A stretch of DNA of 64,000 nucleotides from Escherichia coli (GTDB lineage Bacteria > Pseudomonadota > Gammaproteobacteria > Enterobacterales > Enterobacteriaceae), in assembly GCF_003991155.1 (NCBI RefSeq), contig NZ_CP031293.1, one strand, 5' to 3'. A program made the translations under genes and the position numbers. Within the stretch, counting starts at the first letter, position 1; every line of letters starts with the position of its first letter. Below are positions 1-11,444 of the stretch, piece by piece. The notes beneath the pieces are model-generated. The model worked only from the letters and a program-made list of their open reading frames with translations, was not told the origin of the DNA and did no database searches.

Positions 1-224
1 GCGCCCGCTTTGCCGTTGATGACAATCATCAGGTCGCCGTTTTTCGCCTGCTCCAGTTCCGGCGTCAGCAGCCCTAAATTCTTCAGCACGCCTTTGTTCA
101 TTTCGGTCGCCATCGCCACAAATGCCTGCTCGACGCCGTCGAGTTTATTTGCACGCGTGGAGATAGACATCAGCGAGACAGAATCAAAATAGGTATTCGG
201 TTTAATGACTATTTTAACTGACAT
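1..224 (-). CDS. yahF: FdrA-like protein YahF, N-terminal part; gene continues beyond window start
   Basis: Reverse complement of 1-224 translates MSVKIVIKPNTYFDSVSLMSISTRANKLDGVEQAFVAMATEMNKGVL...; GGAGG SD upstream of ATG at 222-224; expected neighbour of yahE. Confidence 0.7.
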   Translation of the reverse strand, partial: MSVKIVIKPNTYFDSVSLMSISTRANKLDGVEQAFVAMATEMNKGVLKNLGLLTPELEQAKNGDLMIVINGKAG

Positions 225-1077
225 AATTCCCTCCGTAGGTTTGGCTCAGCGCACAACCATCGGCCATGCCATACAGCATGTCGCAGCCGGAACTGGAGCC
301 AATATGTTTAATTTTTTCTATTGCCTGAGTTGCGTTCCCAGGGATGTCATAAATAATGTTATGAATAAAACGATGAATATTTTCCCGGCAGCGTTGTTGT
401 AATGCGGCTTCCAGCGTTATGGCACTTAATAACGTGGTATTATTTCTGCCGCGTTGCAGACCGAGATAAAATTCCTCTTTGTATTTTTCCGCCGGATGTC
501 CGGAAATAAATAAAATAAGCGCCAGACCTGTTAAATAATCGTCGGCTGATGGCGTAAGGCCAATCCCTAAGCCCATCATACTGGCGACTGCTGAGGCGAT
601 ATTTTGTTTATCGTTTACGGCCTGAATAACTGCCCGTCGTTTAATATGTAATTCTTTATTTAACGCCTGATAAAACGGATTATCGCCGCAATAATTAAAC
701 AGGGTTTCATTTTCCCCCAGGTGCTGATGAATAATGTCATGCCACTGTTGCCAGACGATAAGGTGAAAATTCACAGCGGTCATTTGCAAGGTTGGGGACA
801 GCCAACGCTGGCAATGACTCATCTCTATATGAAGATGTTGACCAACCGTAATGCCTTGATCGTCAAACTGAACCTTATCACCATGATGGAACAGACCATT
901 AAAGTGAGTGAGTGCCAACCGACAACTGTTTGGCGCATTGTCGTACTCTTCACAAAGCAGCGTCAGCAACTGCTGGCGGGCCGGAAGTGCGATATTTACC
1001 GCTCTGGCAAAGACCTGTTCAACCTGTCCTTGCCCCCGCTGCGCCAGAAAATCCGCATCCGCAGTTAGCGCCCACAC
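214..1077 (-). CDS. yahE: YahE, conserved protein of unknown function
   Basis: 287-aa ORF; sequence and length match my recollection of E. coli YahE; synteny with yahD/yahF. Confidence 0.8.
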   Translation of the reverse strand: MWALTADADFLAQRGQGQVEQVFARAVNIALPARQQLLTLLCEEYDNAPNSCRLALTHFNGLFHHGDKVQFDDQGITVGQHLHIEMSHCQRWLSPTLQMTAVNFHLIVWQQWHDIIHQHLGENETLFNYCGDNPFYQALNKELHIKRRAVIQAVNDKQNIASAVASMMGLGIGLTPSADDYLTGLALILFISGHPAEKYKEEFYLGLQRGRNNTTLLSAITLEAALQQRCRENIHRFIHNIIYDIPGNATQAIEKIKHIGSSSGCDMLYGMADGCALSQTYGGNYVS

Positions 1078-1116
1078 ACACCGTCTTTCTGGTGTGTTGA
1101 TAGCAAGCCTCCCGGT

Positions 1117-1722
1117 TTATGCGCCTGCGGCAATCAGTAACTGCGCAATCTCTTCAAAGCCTCGTTCCCGCGCCAGTTCCAGCGGTGTTTTGCCATATTT
1201 ATCCGTCAGATGCGGGCTGGCACCGTGTTCCAGCAATAACTGGACAATCGCCTGCTGTTTAATCCCGCCATCATTAAGCACAATCGCTTCCAGTAGCGGC
1301 GTCCAGCCTACATGGTTGGTCTGGTTAACGTTAATCTCCGTATGCGCCAAAAGCTCTTTTACAATACTTAAATGGCCTTTTTCACAGGCAGGCGTCAGGC
1401 CGACACCGCCAAAACGGGTTACGCAATTAAGATCGGGTTTAGCCGGTAAAATAATTCGTAGTAGCGTTAAATCATCGTTCAGACAGCTAATTAAAAAAGG
1501 ATTTAAACAGGTATGATCTTGCTTATTAATATCCGCTCCAGCGTCAATTAATGCCTGAACGCAAGCATATTGCTGATATAAACTTGCCAGCGTAATTGCC
1601 GTTTTCCCCTGACGATCGCAGGTATTAATATCGACACCCAGCGCAAGGCAGGTTTTTACTTTATCGATATCACCCTGTTGCGCAGCCAATAAATAGTCGG
1701 CAGGTAGATTTTTTATAGTCAT
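1117..1722 (-). CDS. yahD: ankyrin-repeat protein YahD
   Basis: 201-aa ORF with repeated ankyrin-like motifs (TPL..A...GH...V..LL..GA); synteny. Confidence 0.85.
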   Translation of the reverse strand: MTIKNLPADYLLAAQQGDIDKVKTCLALGVDINTCDRQGKTAITLASLYQQYACVQALIDAGADINKQDHTCLNPFLISCLNDDLTLLRIILPAKPDLNCVTRFGGVGLTPACEKGHLSIVKELLAHTEINVNQTNHVGWTPLLEAIVLNDGGIKQQAIVQLLLEHGASPHLTDKYGKTPLELARERGFEEIAQLLIAAGA

Positions 1723-1979
1723 TCACATTCCCCTGGTTTTTGTGGCTGTTTTCGATGAATTGAGAATAGCAACGATAATCTGATAAAAGAACCCGCTTAA
1801 ATTTAATTCGCCGTATTTCGCCTTTTTGTTGAATGATGTTCAACAATCTTTTCGCAGTGTGCGGTAGTGCAATATTTGTTTCTTTGACCCGATACCCTTT
1901 CACTCAATCAGGTTTTATTTCTCTATAGTCTGCACATGTAAGAGTAGCTTTCGTCCATGTCTAACCAGAGGGGAACAAG

Positions 1980-2477
1980 ATGAACGGACTCACGGCAACG
2001 GGTGTCACCGTCGGTATTTGTGCAGGGCTTTGGCAGTTAGTGTCTTCACATGTCGGGCTCTCTCAGGGATGGGAATTATTAGGAACCATTGGCTTCGTCG
2101 CCTTTTGCAGTTTTTATGCCGCAGGCGGCGGTAAATCGGGGTTTATCAGAAGCCTGGCGGTTAATTATTCCGGGATGGTGTGGGCGTTTTTCGCCGCGCT
2201 GGCTGCCGGTTGGCTGGCCTCGGTGAGTGGATTGTCCACGTTCTGGGCGAGCGTGATTATGACTGTACCCTTCTCGGCGATGGTGGTCTGGCAAGGGCGT
2301 TTCTGGTTACTGTCTTTTATTCCTGGAGGCTTTCTCGGCATGACGCTATTTTTTGCCAGCGGGATGAACTGGACGGTGACATTACTGGGTTTTCTGGCGG
2401 GTAACTGCGTGGGGATAATTTCAGAATATGGCGGACAAAAATTAAGCGAAGCGACGACTAAACGCGACGGGTATTAA
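1980..2477 (+). CDS. yahC: inner-membrane protein YahC
   Basis: 165-aa highly hydrophobic ORF with multiple predicted TM segments; synteny between yahD and yahB. Confidence 0.8.
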   Translation: MNGLTATGVTVGICAGLWQLVSSHVGLSQGWELLGTIGFVAFCSFYAAGGGKSGFIRSLAVNYSGMVWAFFAALAAGWLASVSGLSTFWASVIMTVPFSAMVVWQGRFWLLSFIPGGFLGMTLFFASGMNWTVTLLGFLAGNCVGIISEYGGQKLSEATTKRDGY

Positions 2478-2568
2478 AAGTTATTCAAAAATGATTATCT
2501 ATCTTTAACCGATACCTCTACAGTCATGGCTGGAGAAATTCATATTCGATAATGGCGGGAATGGTTTA

Positions 2569-3501
2569 ATGAACTCAATTTTTACCGAAGAGAATCTGTT
2601 GGCATTTACTACCGCTGCGCGTTTTGGCAGTTTCAGTAAAGCCGCAGAAGAGTTGGGTTTAACCACTTCCGCCATTAGCTACACCATCAAGCGAATGGAA
2701 ACAGGGCTGGATGTGGTGCTGTTCACTCGCAGTACCCGAAGCATTGAGTTAACGGAGTCCGGGCGTTATTTTTTCCGCAAAGCTACCGACCTGCTGAATG
2801 ATTTTCACGCCATCAAACGCAGCATCGATACTATTTCGCAGGGTATAGAAGCACGGGTGCGCATTTGTATTAACCAACTGCTTTATACGCCCAAACACAC
2901 CGCACGCTTATTACAGGTACTGAAAAAGCAGTTTCCAACCTGCCAGATTACCGTGACGACCGAAGTGTATAACGGCGTCTGGGATGCGATTATTAATAAT
3001 CAGGCGAATATTGCTATCGGCGCGCCCGACACACTGCTGGACGGCGGCGGCATTGATTACACGGAGATTGGCGCGATTCGCTGGGCTTTTGCTATCGCCC
3101 CGGATCACCCGTTAGCCTTTGTGCCGGAACCCATCGCCGAAAGCCAGCTGCGTCTCTATCCTAATATCATGGTGGAAGACACCGCGCATACGATTAATAA
3201 AAAAGTGGGCTGGTTGCTGCATGGGCAGGAGTCGATTCTGGTGCCAGATTTCAACACCAAATGTCAGTGCCAGATTTTAGGCGAAGGAATTGGTTTTTTG
3301 CCGGATTACATGGTCCGTGAGGCGATGGCGCAATCCCTGCTGGTTACCCGACAAATCCATAATCCGCGCCAGGATTCACGCATGTTACTGGCGACCCAGC
3401 ACTCTGCCACCGGTCAGGTGACGCAGTGGATTAAAAAACAATTTGCGCCAAATGGCATATTAACGGGGATCTATCAGGATTTACTGCATCGGGAGAATTA
3501 A
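2569..3501 (+). CDS. yahB: LysR-family transcriptional regulator YahB
   Basis: 310-aa ORF; N-terminal LysR HTH signature (FSKAAEELGLTTSAISYTIKRME) plus substrate-binding domain. Confidence 0.85.
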   Translation: MNSIFTEENLLAFTTAARFGSFSKAAEELGLTTSAISYTIKRMETGLDVVLFTRSTRSIELTESGRYFFRKATDLLNDFHAIKRSIDTISQGIEARVRICINQLLYTPKHTARLLQVLKKQFPTCQITVTTEVYNGVWDAIINNQANIAIGAPDTLLDGGGIDYTEIGAIRWAFAIAPDHPLAFVPEPIAESQLRLYPNIMVEDTAHTINKKVGWLLHGQESILVPDFNTKCQCQILGEGIGFLPDYMVREAMAQSLLVTRQIHNPRQDSRMLLATQHSATGQVTQWIKKQFAPNGILTGIYQDLLHREN

Positions 3502-3542
3502 TCGCTGCCAACCTCCCGATGCGCTGTGAATAGCGGTTTACA

Positions 3543-4631
3543 TCAACCACCGGCTTTCATTACCCATTCAGAGATAAATTTATTACCCGGTACTGGCGGA
3601 GAGTACAAATAGCCCTGCAAAAAGTGAACGCCTTTGCCGATCATTAAATCCGCCTGCTCCTGGGTTTCTACCCCTTCCGCCACGATACTCAGACCAGGCT
3701 TACGCGCCAGTTCGACAATATTGTCCACAATATGACCGGATATTTCGTCCACGCTCGCCATTTGCACAAATGACTTATCGATCTTAATAAAATCGACCGG
3801 GAACGCCTGCAAGTAACGATAGGTTGCATAACCCGTACCAAAGTCATCCAGCGCAAAGGTAATGTTGTGCTGATGAAGGCTGTCAAATATCGCTCTGGCT
3901 TCTGGCGTTACCGGAATAGGGTTACGTTCCGTTAACTCGAGAACCAGTTTGATTTTATCGTTACCTAATTTCTTAACCAGGTTCAGACACTCTTTTTCAA
4001 ATCCTGCGGCCAAAAAACATCCTGCCGAGACGTTGATGCCAATATGGAAATTATCCGGCAGCAAATGTTTTACTGGCATCAGAATATCCGCAGTCTGTTT
4101 CATCAGCTGGCGAGTCATTATGACGATAAGACCAGATGACTCCGCCAGAGGAATAAACTGATCCGGTGGGATAATTCCCGTTTGCGGATGTTCCCAGCGA
4201 ACAAGCACCTCACAGCCCGTCAGTACCCCAGTCTGCGCGCAGAAAACCGGTTGGATCCACGGTTTAAATTCATGGTTTTCCAACGCCAGACTGATGGCTT
4301 CAGGCGTGACGATATGGTGATAGTGATTATCATTAATATATTTGTGACTATTATTACCCGTGGCGGATATGATCTCCGGATTGTACTGAAAGAAAATATC
4401 CCGCCAGAAAGTAATATCGCTCTGAATCCCCAGTTTCTCAAAGAGCTGTTTCTTTTGATGTGAAATGGTCTTTGCACTGCGATTTCTGTACTGTGATATT
4501 TCTGTTACAGACATTCCCTGCATCAGCAGCTTGAGTAGCAGTCGTTCTTTCTCGGATACGCTACCAGGCAATGACAAATGAACCGTTGTACCGAACTCTT
4601 GCAGAAAAACACGAAAATCACATGAATTCAT
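3543..4631 (-). CDS. pdeL: c-di-GMP phosphodiesterase PdeL (LuxR-type HTH + EAL domain)
   Basis: ORF 3543-4637; N-terminal LuxR-type HTH, C-terminal EAL-domain motifs (ELTE, DDFGTGY, KIDKSF); start placed at MNSCDF to give 362 aa. Confidence 0.85.
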   Translation of the reverse strand: MNSCDFRVFLQEFGTTVHLSLPGSVSEKERLLLKLLMQGMSVTEISQYRNRSAKTISHQKKQLFEKLGIQSDITFWRDIFFQYNPEIISATGNNSHKYINDNHYHHIVTPEAISLALENHEFKPWIQPVFCAQTGVLTGCEVLVRWEHPQTGIIPPDQFIPLAESSGLIVIMTRQLMKQTADILMPVKHLLPDNFHIGINVSAGCFLAAGFEKECLNLVKKLGNDKIKLVLELTERNPIPVTPEARAIFDSLHQHNITFALDDFGTGYATYRYLQAFPVDFIKIDKSFVQMASVDEISGHIVDNIVELARKPGLSIVAEGVETQEQADLMIGKGVHFLQGYLYSPPVPGNKFISEWVMKAGG

Positions 4632-5506
4632 GAACACACCTTTTATCTTTTATCGCTGTTCAGTATGAGTGATTACCTGTGGATTCCTGAGCACACATAA
4701 GGGGTAACCATAAACATTAGCGATGCCATACGTATAACATCCCACATCACTATCAAGAAGATTATCTTTACCTCTGATGCTCGCTCAAAAACAGTTACGC
4801 TAAATACCTTAAAAAGGTAATCACAAGTCAAACTCAGGAGATAATCACGCAAGAATGCAATATTAAAATTCAGATACTCATTTTTGGTAATAAAGAAGTA
4901 GTTGGACTATTTCGATATTTATAATTTCCCACTACGTATTGACGCCCATTCATGAGTAAAGGCGCATTATATGAATTTAACAATCCAGATCAACTGAAAA
5001 TACCTCAACCTCATAAACACATAGCGTCAACATTCAATGACATAATGAGTAAAGATGTTGGTTATGCATACACGTCATTACTCTATGCCTATCCCTTAAC
5101 AACCTGCTTTTTAAGACTGAATCCATTCAGCAATAGATAGCCAACATTATAACAATGACAATAAAAACAATATTTAAAACAATCAATAAAATATCAGGCA
5201 CAGACAATTAAACCTTAAACAACAAACGGTTACATTGATTTTAGTTGATTTGCGCTACGCGTTCCCCATGAATAAAGCGTCATTTCAAATTAGCACCAAT
5301 ATTTACATTAAATAAGACTAAGCTTATTGAACATTCACAACAGTCCAAACGTAGGTTTTGGGCTTCAATAGTTCTTTTCTTTTTTATTATCTGTTGCCTG
5401 GCAATCATCAATCGATACTAAGGGCTTAACTGTACAGATATAACGTATCAAGAGGTAAGAGAAACCGCGCCATATGCAGACATGGCGCGGTTTTATGCAA
5501 AAACAA

Positions 5507-7540
5507 TCACGCGTCCGGGAACATCACGCTATGGCCCGGCGCTTCACGATGGAGATGGATAAAGTTAAGATGCCGCTCGTACTGGTCAAGAATATCGGTG
5601 ATCACCTGCTCTTTGCTGTAGTCCATCAGGTCGTTGCCCTGGCTGCCTTCTAACAGGAAGGTTTCCAGCCGGTAGTAGGTCGATTTACCGCTACGTGCGC
5701 GGTAGGTAAAGCCCGGCACCGAATATTGCTGCGGCCAAATCTGATAGACAAAGTTTTGCTCTTCGCCCATATGCACCAACAAATCCAGATGCCCCAACTG
5801 TTGTCCCTCTTCCGGCGGCAGGCTTTTTAGCTCCACGTACGCGCCGCGCAACCGCAACTCCTGCGCCACTTCTTCCATTGCCGGGTAACAGACCGTCTCC
5901 ATCATCTGTTTAGTGTAACGCGTGCCCGGATAATTCATCAGGCGCGAGAGACGTTTTTTCCAGCTCAGGCGATCCTGAAGCCCCAGCGGTCGCGGTGCGG
6001 TATCGCGGTTGGCACTTTCACGGCGGTAATCTTCTACCTTCAGAGATTTATACAACCCCGCCATCACGAAGAAGATCACAAAGCTGAACGGCAGGCCCAT
6101 AATCACCGTGGTGTTTTGCAGCGCGGATATCCCGTTGGTCATCAGCATGCCGAGCGTCAGCAGGCCAATCGCCACCGACCAGAAGACGCGCAGCCAGCCG
6201 GGGGCGTCGCTGTTGATATCTTTAAGCTGCGAGGTGAAATTCCCCAGCACCAGCGCCCCGGAGTCCGCCGAGGTCACATAAAACAGCAGGCCAGTAATGG
6301 TGGCGACGGAGGCGCTAAAGGTAAACGCCGGATACTGCGCCAGCAGGCTGTAGAAGCCGCGCTCCGGATGGACCATCGCTTCCTCGGCAAATGCCGCGCC
6401 GCCGTGGATGATTTCATACAGCGCGCTATTGCCGAACACCGAGAGCCATAACAGCGTGAAGGTAAACGGAATAATCAACGTGCCCAGCACGAACTGGCGA
6501 ATGGTACGCCCACGCGAGATACGCGCCAGGAACAAGCCGACAAACGGCGACCATGCCACCCACCATGCCCAGAAGAAGAGCGTCCAGTTATTCATCCACT
6601 CAACCGGACGGTCGAAGGCAAAACTGTTGAGCGTCATGCCCATAAAGCGATTCACATAGTCGCCAACATTCAGCACCAGTGCATTAAGCAGGAACGAAGT
6701 GTCGCCCATAAACAACACGAAAAGGATCAATCCCAGCGCCAGCGCAACGTTAAGTTCCGATAACACGCGAATGCCCTTATCGACACCGGAGGTGACAGAG
6801 ATCGTTGCGATGATCACCGACAAGGCGATCAGTGCCGCTTTCGCCGCCATTGAATCGGGAATATCAAACAGTACGCTCAAGCCATAGTTAAGCTGCACCA
6901 CACCAATACCGAGCGTAGTGGCAATACCGAAGATGGTGCCGATCACCGCTGCAATATCCACTGAGTGACCTATCGGCCCGTTAATCCGTTTACCGAAGAT
7001 CGGGTACAGCGCTGAGCGGATGGTGAGCGGCAAATTATAACGATAGCTAAAGTATCCGAGCGCCATGCCCATCAGCGCATACATCGACCAGCCGGTTAAG
7101 CCGTAGTGAAACAGCGTCCAGACCATCGCCTGACGCGCGGCCTCAATCGTCTGACCCGCGCCTTCCGGCGGCTGCATATACTGCGTTACCGGTTCGGCTA
7201 CGGAAAAGAACATCAGGTCGATACCGATCCCGGCAGCAAACAGCATCGCCGCCCAACTCAGCAGACTGAATTCCGGTTTTGATTGTTCTGGCCCGAGCTT
7301 CACCGAACCAAAACGCGAACAAGCGATACAGACCACAAAGACAATATAGAGCGTTGCCGCCAGCAGATAGTACCAACCGAAGGTTTTAGAAACCCAGTCC
7401 AGCGTGCGGTCAATCCACAGGGCCGAGAAGTCGCGAAACAGGATCGTTGTCAGGGAAAACAACAAAATCAGTCCGGCGGAAGTGTAAAACACCACCGGAT
7501 TGATTTTGTCCTTTTCCCTGCTGTGTGAAAGGTCTGTCAT
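5507..7540 (-). CDS. betT: high-affinity choline transporter BetT (BCCT family)
   Basis: 677-aa polytopic membrane protein with BCCT-family signature region; divergent from betIBA. Confidence 0.95.
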   Translation of the reverse strand: MTDLSHSREKDKINPVVFYTSAGLILLFSLTTILFRDFSALWIDRTLDWVSKTFGWYYLLAATLYIVFVVCIACSRFGSVKLGPEQSKPEFSLLSWAAMLFAAGIGIDLMFFSVAEPVTQYMQPPEGAGQTIEAARQAMVWTLFHYGLTGWSMYALMGMALGYFSYRYNLPLTIRSALYPIFGKRINGPIGHSVDIAAVIGTIFGIATTLGIGVVQLNYGLSVLFDIPDSMAAKAALIALSVIIATISVTSGVDKGIRVLSELNVALALGLILFVLFMGDTSFLLNALVLNVGDYVNRFMGMTLNSFAFDRPVEWMNNWTLFFWAWWVAWSPFVGLFLARISRGRTIRQFVLGTLIIPFTFTLLWLSVFGNSALYEIIHGGAAFAEEAMVHPERGFYSLLAQYPAFTFSASVATITGLLFYVTSADSGALVLGNFTSQLKDINSDAPGWLRVFWSVAIGLLTLGMLMTNGISALQNTTVIMGLPFSFVIFFVMAGLYKSLKVEDYRRESANRDTAPRPLGLQDRLSWKKRLSRLMNYPGTRYTKQMMETVCYPAMEEVAQELRLRGAYVELKSLPPEEGQQLGHLDLLVHMGEEQNFVYQIWPQQYSVPGFTYRARSGKSTYYRLETFLLEGSQGNDLMDYSKEQVITDILDQYERHLNFIHLHREAPGHSVMFPDA

Positions 7541-7668
7541 CCAGTATCCCCACTGTTATTGTTACCATTTAAAATCAAATTAGTAACAATTAAGACACAT
7601 TTTATATTGAACGTCCAATCAATAACCGCTTTAATAGATAAACAACGCTGATGAATGGAGTGGCGAAA
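7541..7668. promoter_or_regulatory. betT/betI divergent promoter-operator region
   Basis: Short AT-rich intergenic region between divergent betT and betI; position inferred from known bet regulon organisation. Confidence 0.5.
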
Positions 7669-8256
7669 ATGCCCAAATTGGGGATGCAGTCGATCCGGCG
7701 CAGACAACTGATCGACGCCACGCTGGAAGCAATAAATGAAGTGGGCATGCACGATGCAACGATCGCGCAGATCGCCCGCCGTGCAGGCGTTTCTACGGGG
7801 ATCATCAGCCACTATTTCAGGGACAAAAATGGTCTGCTGGAAGCAACCATGCGCGATATCACCAGTCAGCTGCGTGACGCGGTTTTGAATCGATTACATG
7901 CACTTCCGCAGGGCAGTGCAGAGCAGCGATTACAGGCGATTGTTGGCGGAAACTTCGATGAAACGCAGGTGAGCAGTGCGGCGATGAAAGCCTGGCTGGC
8001 GTTCTGGGCCAGCAGTATGCATCAGCCGATGCTCTATCGTTTACAGCAGGTCAGCAGCCGTCGCTTGCTGTCGAACCTGGTGAGCGAGTTTCGCCGCGAA
8101 TTGCCGCGCCACCAGGCACAGGAAGCGGGCTACGGACTTGCCGCGCTGATTGACGGATTATGGCTGCGCGCGGCACTGAGCGACAAACCGCTGGATAAAC
8201 CTCTCGCACACTCGCTGACCCGTCACTTTATTACTCAGCATTTACCCACCGATTAA
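7669..8256 (+). CDS. betI: TetR-family repressor BetI
   Basis: ORF 7651-8256; start placed at [14 protein letters not shown] (195 aa); TetR HTH motif [20 protein letters not shown]. Confidence 0.9.
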   Translation: MPKLGMQSIRRRQLIDATLEAINEVGMHDATIAQIARRAGVSTGIISHYFRDKNGLLEATMRDITSQLRDAVLNRLHALPQGSAEQRLQAIVGGNFDETQVSSAAMKAWLAFWASSMHQPMLYRLQQVSSRRLLSNLVSEFRRELPRHQAQEAGYGLAALIDGLWLRAALSDKPLDKPLAHSLTRHFITQHLPTD

Positions 8257-8269
8257 CCGAGGAGACGTG

Positions 8270-9742
8270 ATGTCCCGAATGGCAGAACAGCAGCTTTATA
8301 TACATGGTGGTTATACCTCCGCCACCAGCGGTCGCACCTTCGAGACCATTAACCCGGCCAACGGTAACGTGCTGGCGACCGTGCAGGCCGCCGGGCGTGA
8401 GGATGTCGATCGCGCCGTGAAGAGTGCCCAACAGGGGCAAAAAATCTGGGCGGCGATGACCGCTATGGAACGCTCGCGTATTCTGCGTCGGGCCGTTGAT
8501 ATTCTACGTGAACGCAATGACGAACTCGCAAAACTGGAAACCCTCGACACCGGAAAAGCATATTCGGAAACCTCAACCGTCGATATCGTTACCGGTGCGG
8601 ACGTGCTGGAGTACTACGCCGGGCTGATCCCGGCGCTGGAAGGCAGCCAGATCCCGTTGCGTGAGACGTCATTTGTTTATACCCGCCGCGAACCGCTGGG
8701 CGTAGTGGCAGGGATTGGCGCATGGAACTACCCGATTCAGATTGCCCTGTGGAAATCCGCCCCCGCGCTGGCGGCAGGCAATGCAATGATTTTCAAACCG
8801 AGCGAAGTCACCCCGCTTACCGCGTTAAAGCTGGCCGAAATTTACAGCGAAGCGGGCCTGCCGGACGGCGTATTTAACGTGTTGCCGGGCGTGGGCGCGG
8901 AGACCGGGCAGTATCTGACCGAGCATCCGGGCATTGCCAAAGTGTCATTTACCGGCGGTGTCGCCAGCGGCAAAAAAGTGATGGCTAACTCGGCGGCCTC
9001 TTCCCTGAAAGAAGTGACCATGGAGCTGGGCGGTAAATCACCGCTGATCGTTTTTGACGATGCGGATCTCGATCTCGCCGCCGATATCGCCATGATGGCG
9101 AATTTCTTCAGCTCCGGTCAGGTGTGTACCAACGGCACTCGCGTCTTCGTTCCGACGAAATGCAAAGCCGCATTTGAACAAAAGATTCTGGCGCGCGTTG
9201 AGCGCATTCGCGCGGGCGACGTTTTCGATCCGCAAACTAACTTCGGCCCGCTGGTCAGCTTCCCGCATCGCGATAACGTGCTGCGCTATATCGCCAAAGG
9301 CAAAGAGGAAGGCGCGCGCGTACTGTGCGGCGGCGATGTACTGAAAGGCGATGGCTTCGATAACGGCGCATGGGTTGCACCGACCGTGTTCACCGATTGC
9401 CGCGACGAAATGACCATCGTGCGCGAAGAGATCTTCGGTCCGGTGATGTCGCTTCTCACTTATGAATCTGAGGACGAAGTGATTCGCCGCGCCAATGATA
9501 CCGACTACGGCCTGGCGGCGGGCATCGTGACGGCGGACCTGAACCGCGCGCATCGCGTCATTCATCAGCTGGAAGCGGGTATTTGCTGGCTCAACACCTG
9601 GGGCGAATCCCCTGCTGAGATGCCCGTTGGCGGCTACAAACACTCCGGCATTGGTCGCGAGAACGGCGTGATGACGCTCCAGAGTTACACCCAGGTGAAG
9701 TCCATCCAGGTTGAGATGGCTAAATTCCAGTCCATATTCTAA
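8270..9742 (+). CDS. betB: betaine aldehyde dehydrogenase BetB
   Basis: 490 aa from ATG at 8270 (ORF track begins at GTG 8267); aldehyde dehydrogenase motifs (ELGGKSP, catalytic-Cys region [13 protein letters not shown]). Confidence 0.95.
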   Translation: MSRMAEQQLYIHGGYTSATSGRTFETINPANGNVLATVQAAGREDVDRAVKSAQQGQKIWAAMTAMERSRILRRAVDILRERNDELAKLETLDTGKAYSETSTVDIVTGADVLEYYAGLIPALEGSQIPLRETSFVYTRREPLGVVAGIGAWNYPIQIALWKSAPALAAGNAMIFKPSEVTPLTALKLAEIYSEAGLPDGVFNVLPGVGAETGQYLTEHPGIAKVSFTGGVASGKKVMANSAASSLKEVTMELGGKSPLIVFDDADLDLAADIAMMANFFSSGQVCTNGTRVFVPTKCKAAFEQKILARVERIRAGDVFDPQTNFGPLVSFPHRDNVLRYIAKGKEEGARVLCGGDVLKGDGFDNGAWVAPTVFTDCRDEMTIVREEIFGPVMSLLTYESEDEVIRRANDTDYGLAAGIVTADLNRAHRVIHQLEAGICWLNTWGESPAEMPVGGYKHSGIGRENGVMTLQSYTQVKSIQVEMAKFQSIF

Positions 9743-9755
9743 CCAGGAGGTTTAT

Positions 9756-11444
9756 TTGCAATTTGACTACATCATTATTGGTGCCGGCTCAGCCGGCAAC
9801 GTTCTCGCTACCCGTCTGACTGAAGATCCGAACACAACCGTGCTGCTGCTTGAAGCAGGCGGCCCGGACTATCGCTTTGACTTCCGCACCCAGATGCCCG
9901 CTGCGCTGGCATTCCCGCTACAGGGTAAACGCTACAACTGGGCCTATGAAACGGAACCGGAACCGTTTATGAACAACCGTCGCATGGAGTGCGGACGCGG
10001 TAAGGGGCTTGGCGGGTCATCACTGATCAACGGCATGTGTTACATCCGTGGTAACGCGCTGGATCTCGATAACTGGGCGCAAGAACCCGGTCTGGAGAAC
10101 TGGAGCTACCTCGACTGTCTGCCCTACTATCGCAAGGCCGAGACTCGCGATGTGGGCGAGAACGATTACCACGGTGGCGATGGCCCGGTGAGCGTCACCA
10201 CCTCCAAACCCGGCGTCAATCCGCTGTTTGAAGCGATGATTGAAGCGGGCGTGCAGGCGGGCTACCCACGCACGGACGATCTCAACGGCTATCAGCAGGA
10301 AGGTTTTGGCCCGATGGATCGCACCGTCACGCCGCATGGCCGTCGCGCCAGCACCGCGCGTGGCTATCTCGCTCAGGCCAAATCGCGCCCTAACCTGACT
10401 ATTCGTACTCACGCCATGACCGATCACATCATTTTTGACAGCAAACGCGCGGTGGGCGTCGAGTGGCTGGAAGGCGACAGCACCATTCCGACCCGCGCGG
10501 CGGCGAATAAAGAAGTGCTGTTATGTGCAGGCGCGATTGCTTCACCGCAGATCCTGCAACGCTCCGGCGTCGGCAACGCTGAACTGCTGGCGGAGTTTGA
10601 TATTCCGCTGGTGCATGAATTACCTGGCGTCGGCGAAAATCTTCAGGATCACCTGGAGATGTATCTGCAATATGAGTGCAAAGAACCGGTTTCCCTCTAC
10701 CCTGCCCTGCAGTGGTGGAATCAGCCGAAAATCGGTGCGGAGTGGCTGTTTGGCGGCACCGGCGTTGGTGCCAGCAACCACTTTGAAGCAGGCGGATTTA
10801 TTCGCAGCCGTGAGGAATTTGCGTGGCCGAATATTCAGTACCATTTCCTGCCAGTGGCGATTAACTATAACGGCTCGAACGCAGTGAAAGAGCACGGCTT
10901 CCAGTGCCACGTCGGATCGATGCGCTCGCCAAGCCGTGGGCATGTGCGGATTAAATCCCGCGACCCGCACCAGCATCCAGCGATTCTGTTTAACTACATG
11001 TCGCACGAGCAGGACTGGCAGGAGTTCCGCGACGCAATTCGCATCACCCGGGAGATCATGCATCAACCGGCGCTGGATCAGTATCGTGGCCGCGAAATCA
11101 GCCCCGGTGTCGAATGCCAGACGGATGAGCAGCTCGATGAGTTTGTGCGTAATCACGCCGAAACCGCCTTCCACCCATGCGGTACGTGCAAAATGGGGTA
11201 CGACGAGATGTCCGTTGTGGATGGCGAAGGCCGCGTGCACGGGCTGGAAGGATTACGCGTAGTCGATGCGTCAATTATGCCGCAGATTATCACCGGCAAT
11301 CTGAACGCCACGACGATTATGATTGGCGAGAAAATGGCGGATATGATTCGCGGGAAGGATGCGTTGCCGAGGAGCACGGCGGGATATTATGTGGCAAATG
11401 GGATGCCGGTGAGAGCGAAAAAAATGAGTCGTGATGTGAACTGA
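9756..11444 (+). CDS. betA: choline dehydrogenase BetA (GMC oxidoreductase), apparent TTG start
   Basis: Product begins at [20 protein letters not shown] (FAD-binding GxGxxG); the codon at that position is TTG preceded by GGAGG; ORF track extends upstream to 9711. Confidence 0.9.
   Translation: MQFDYIIIGAGSAGNVLATRLTEDPNTTVLLLEAGGPDYRFDFRTQMPAALAFPLQGKRYNWAYETEPEPFMNNRRMECGRGKGLGGSSLINGMCYIRGNALDLDNWAQEPGLENWSYLDCLPYYRKAETRDVGENDYHGGDGPVSVTTSKPGVNPLFEAMIEAGVQAGYPRTDDLNGYQQEGFGPMDRTVTPHGRRASTARGYLAQAKSRPNLTIRTHAMTDHIIFDSKRAVGVEWLEGDSTIPTRAAANKEVLLCAGAIASPQILQRSGVGNAELLAEFDIPLVHELPGVGENLQDHLEMYLQYECKEPVSLYPALQWWNQPKIGAEWLFGGTGVGASNHFEAGGFIRSREEFAWPNIQYHFLPVAINYNGSNAVKEHGFQCHVGSMRSPSRGHVRIKSRDPHQHPAILFNYMSHEQDWQEFRDAIRITREIMHQPALDQYRGREISPGVECQTDEQLDEFVRNHAETAFHPCGTCKMGYDEMSVVDGEGRVHGLEGLRVVDASIMPQIITGNLNATTIMIGEKMADMIRGKDALPRSTAGYYVANGMPVRAKKMSRDVN

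Noticed and set aside
908-1516. 202-aa + strand ORF spanning the yahE/yahD junction
   Set aside because: Antisense to two recognised genes and crosses their intergenic region; Cys/Ser-rich, non-protein-like composition.
9038-11240. Long antisense ORFs within betB and betA (9038-9643, 10020-10427, 10620-11240)
   Set aside because: Fully embedded opposite strongly supported bet genes; no SD or domain evidence.
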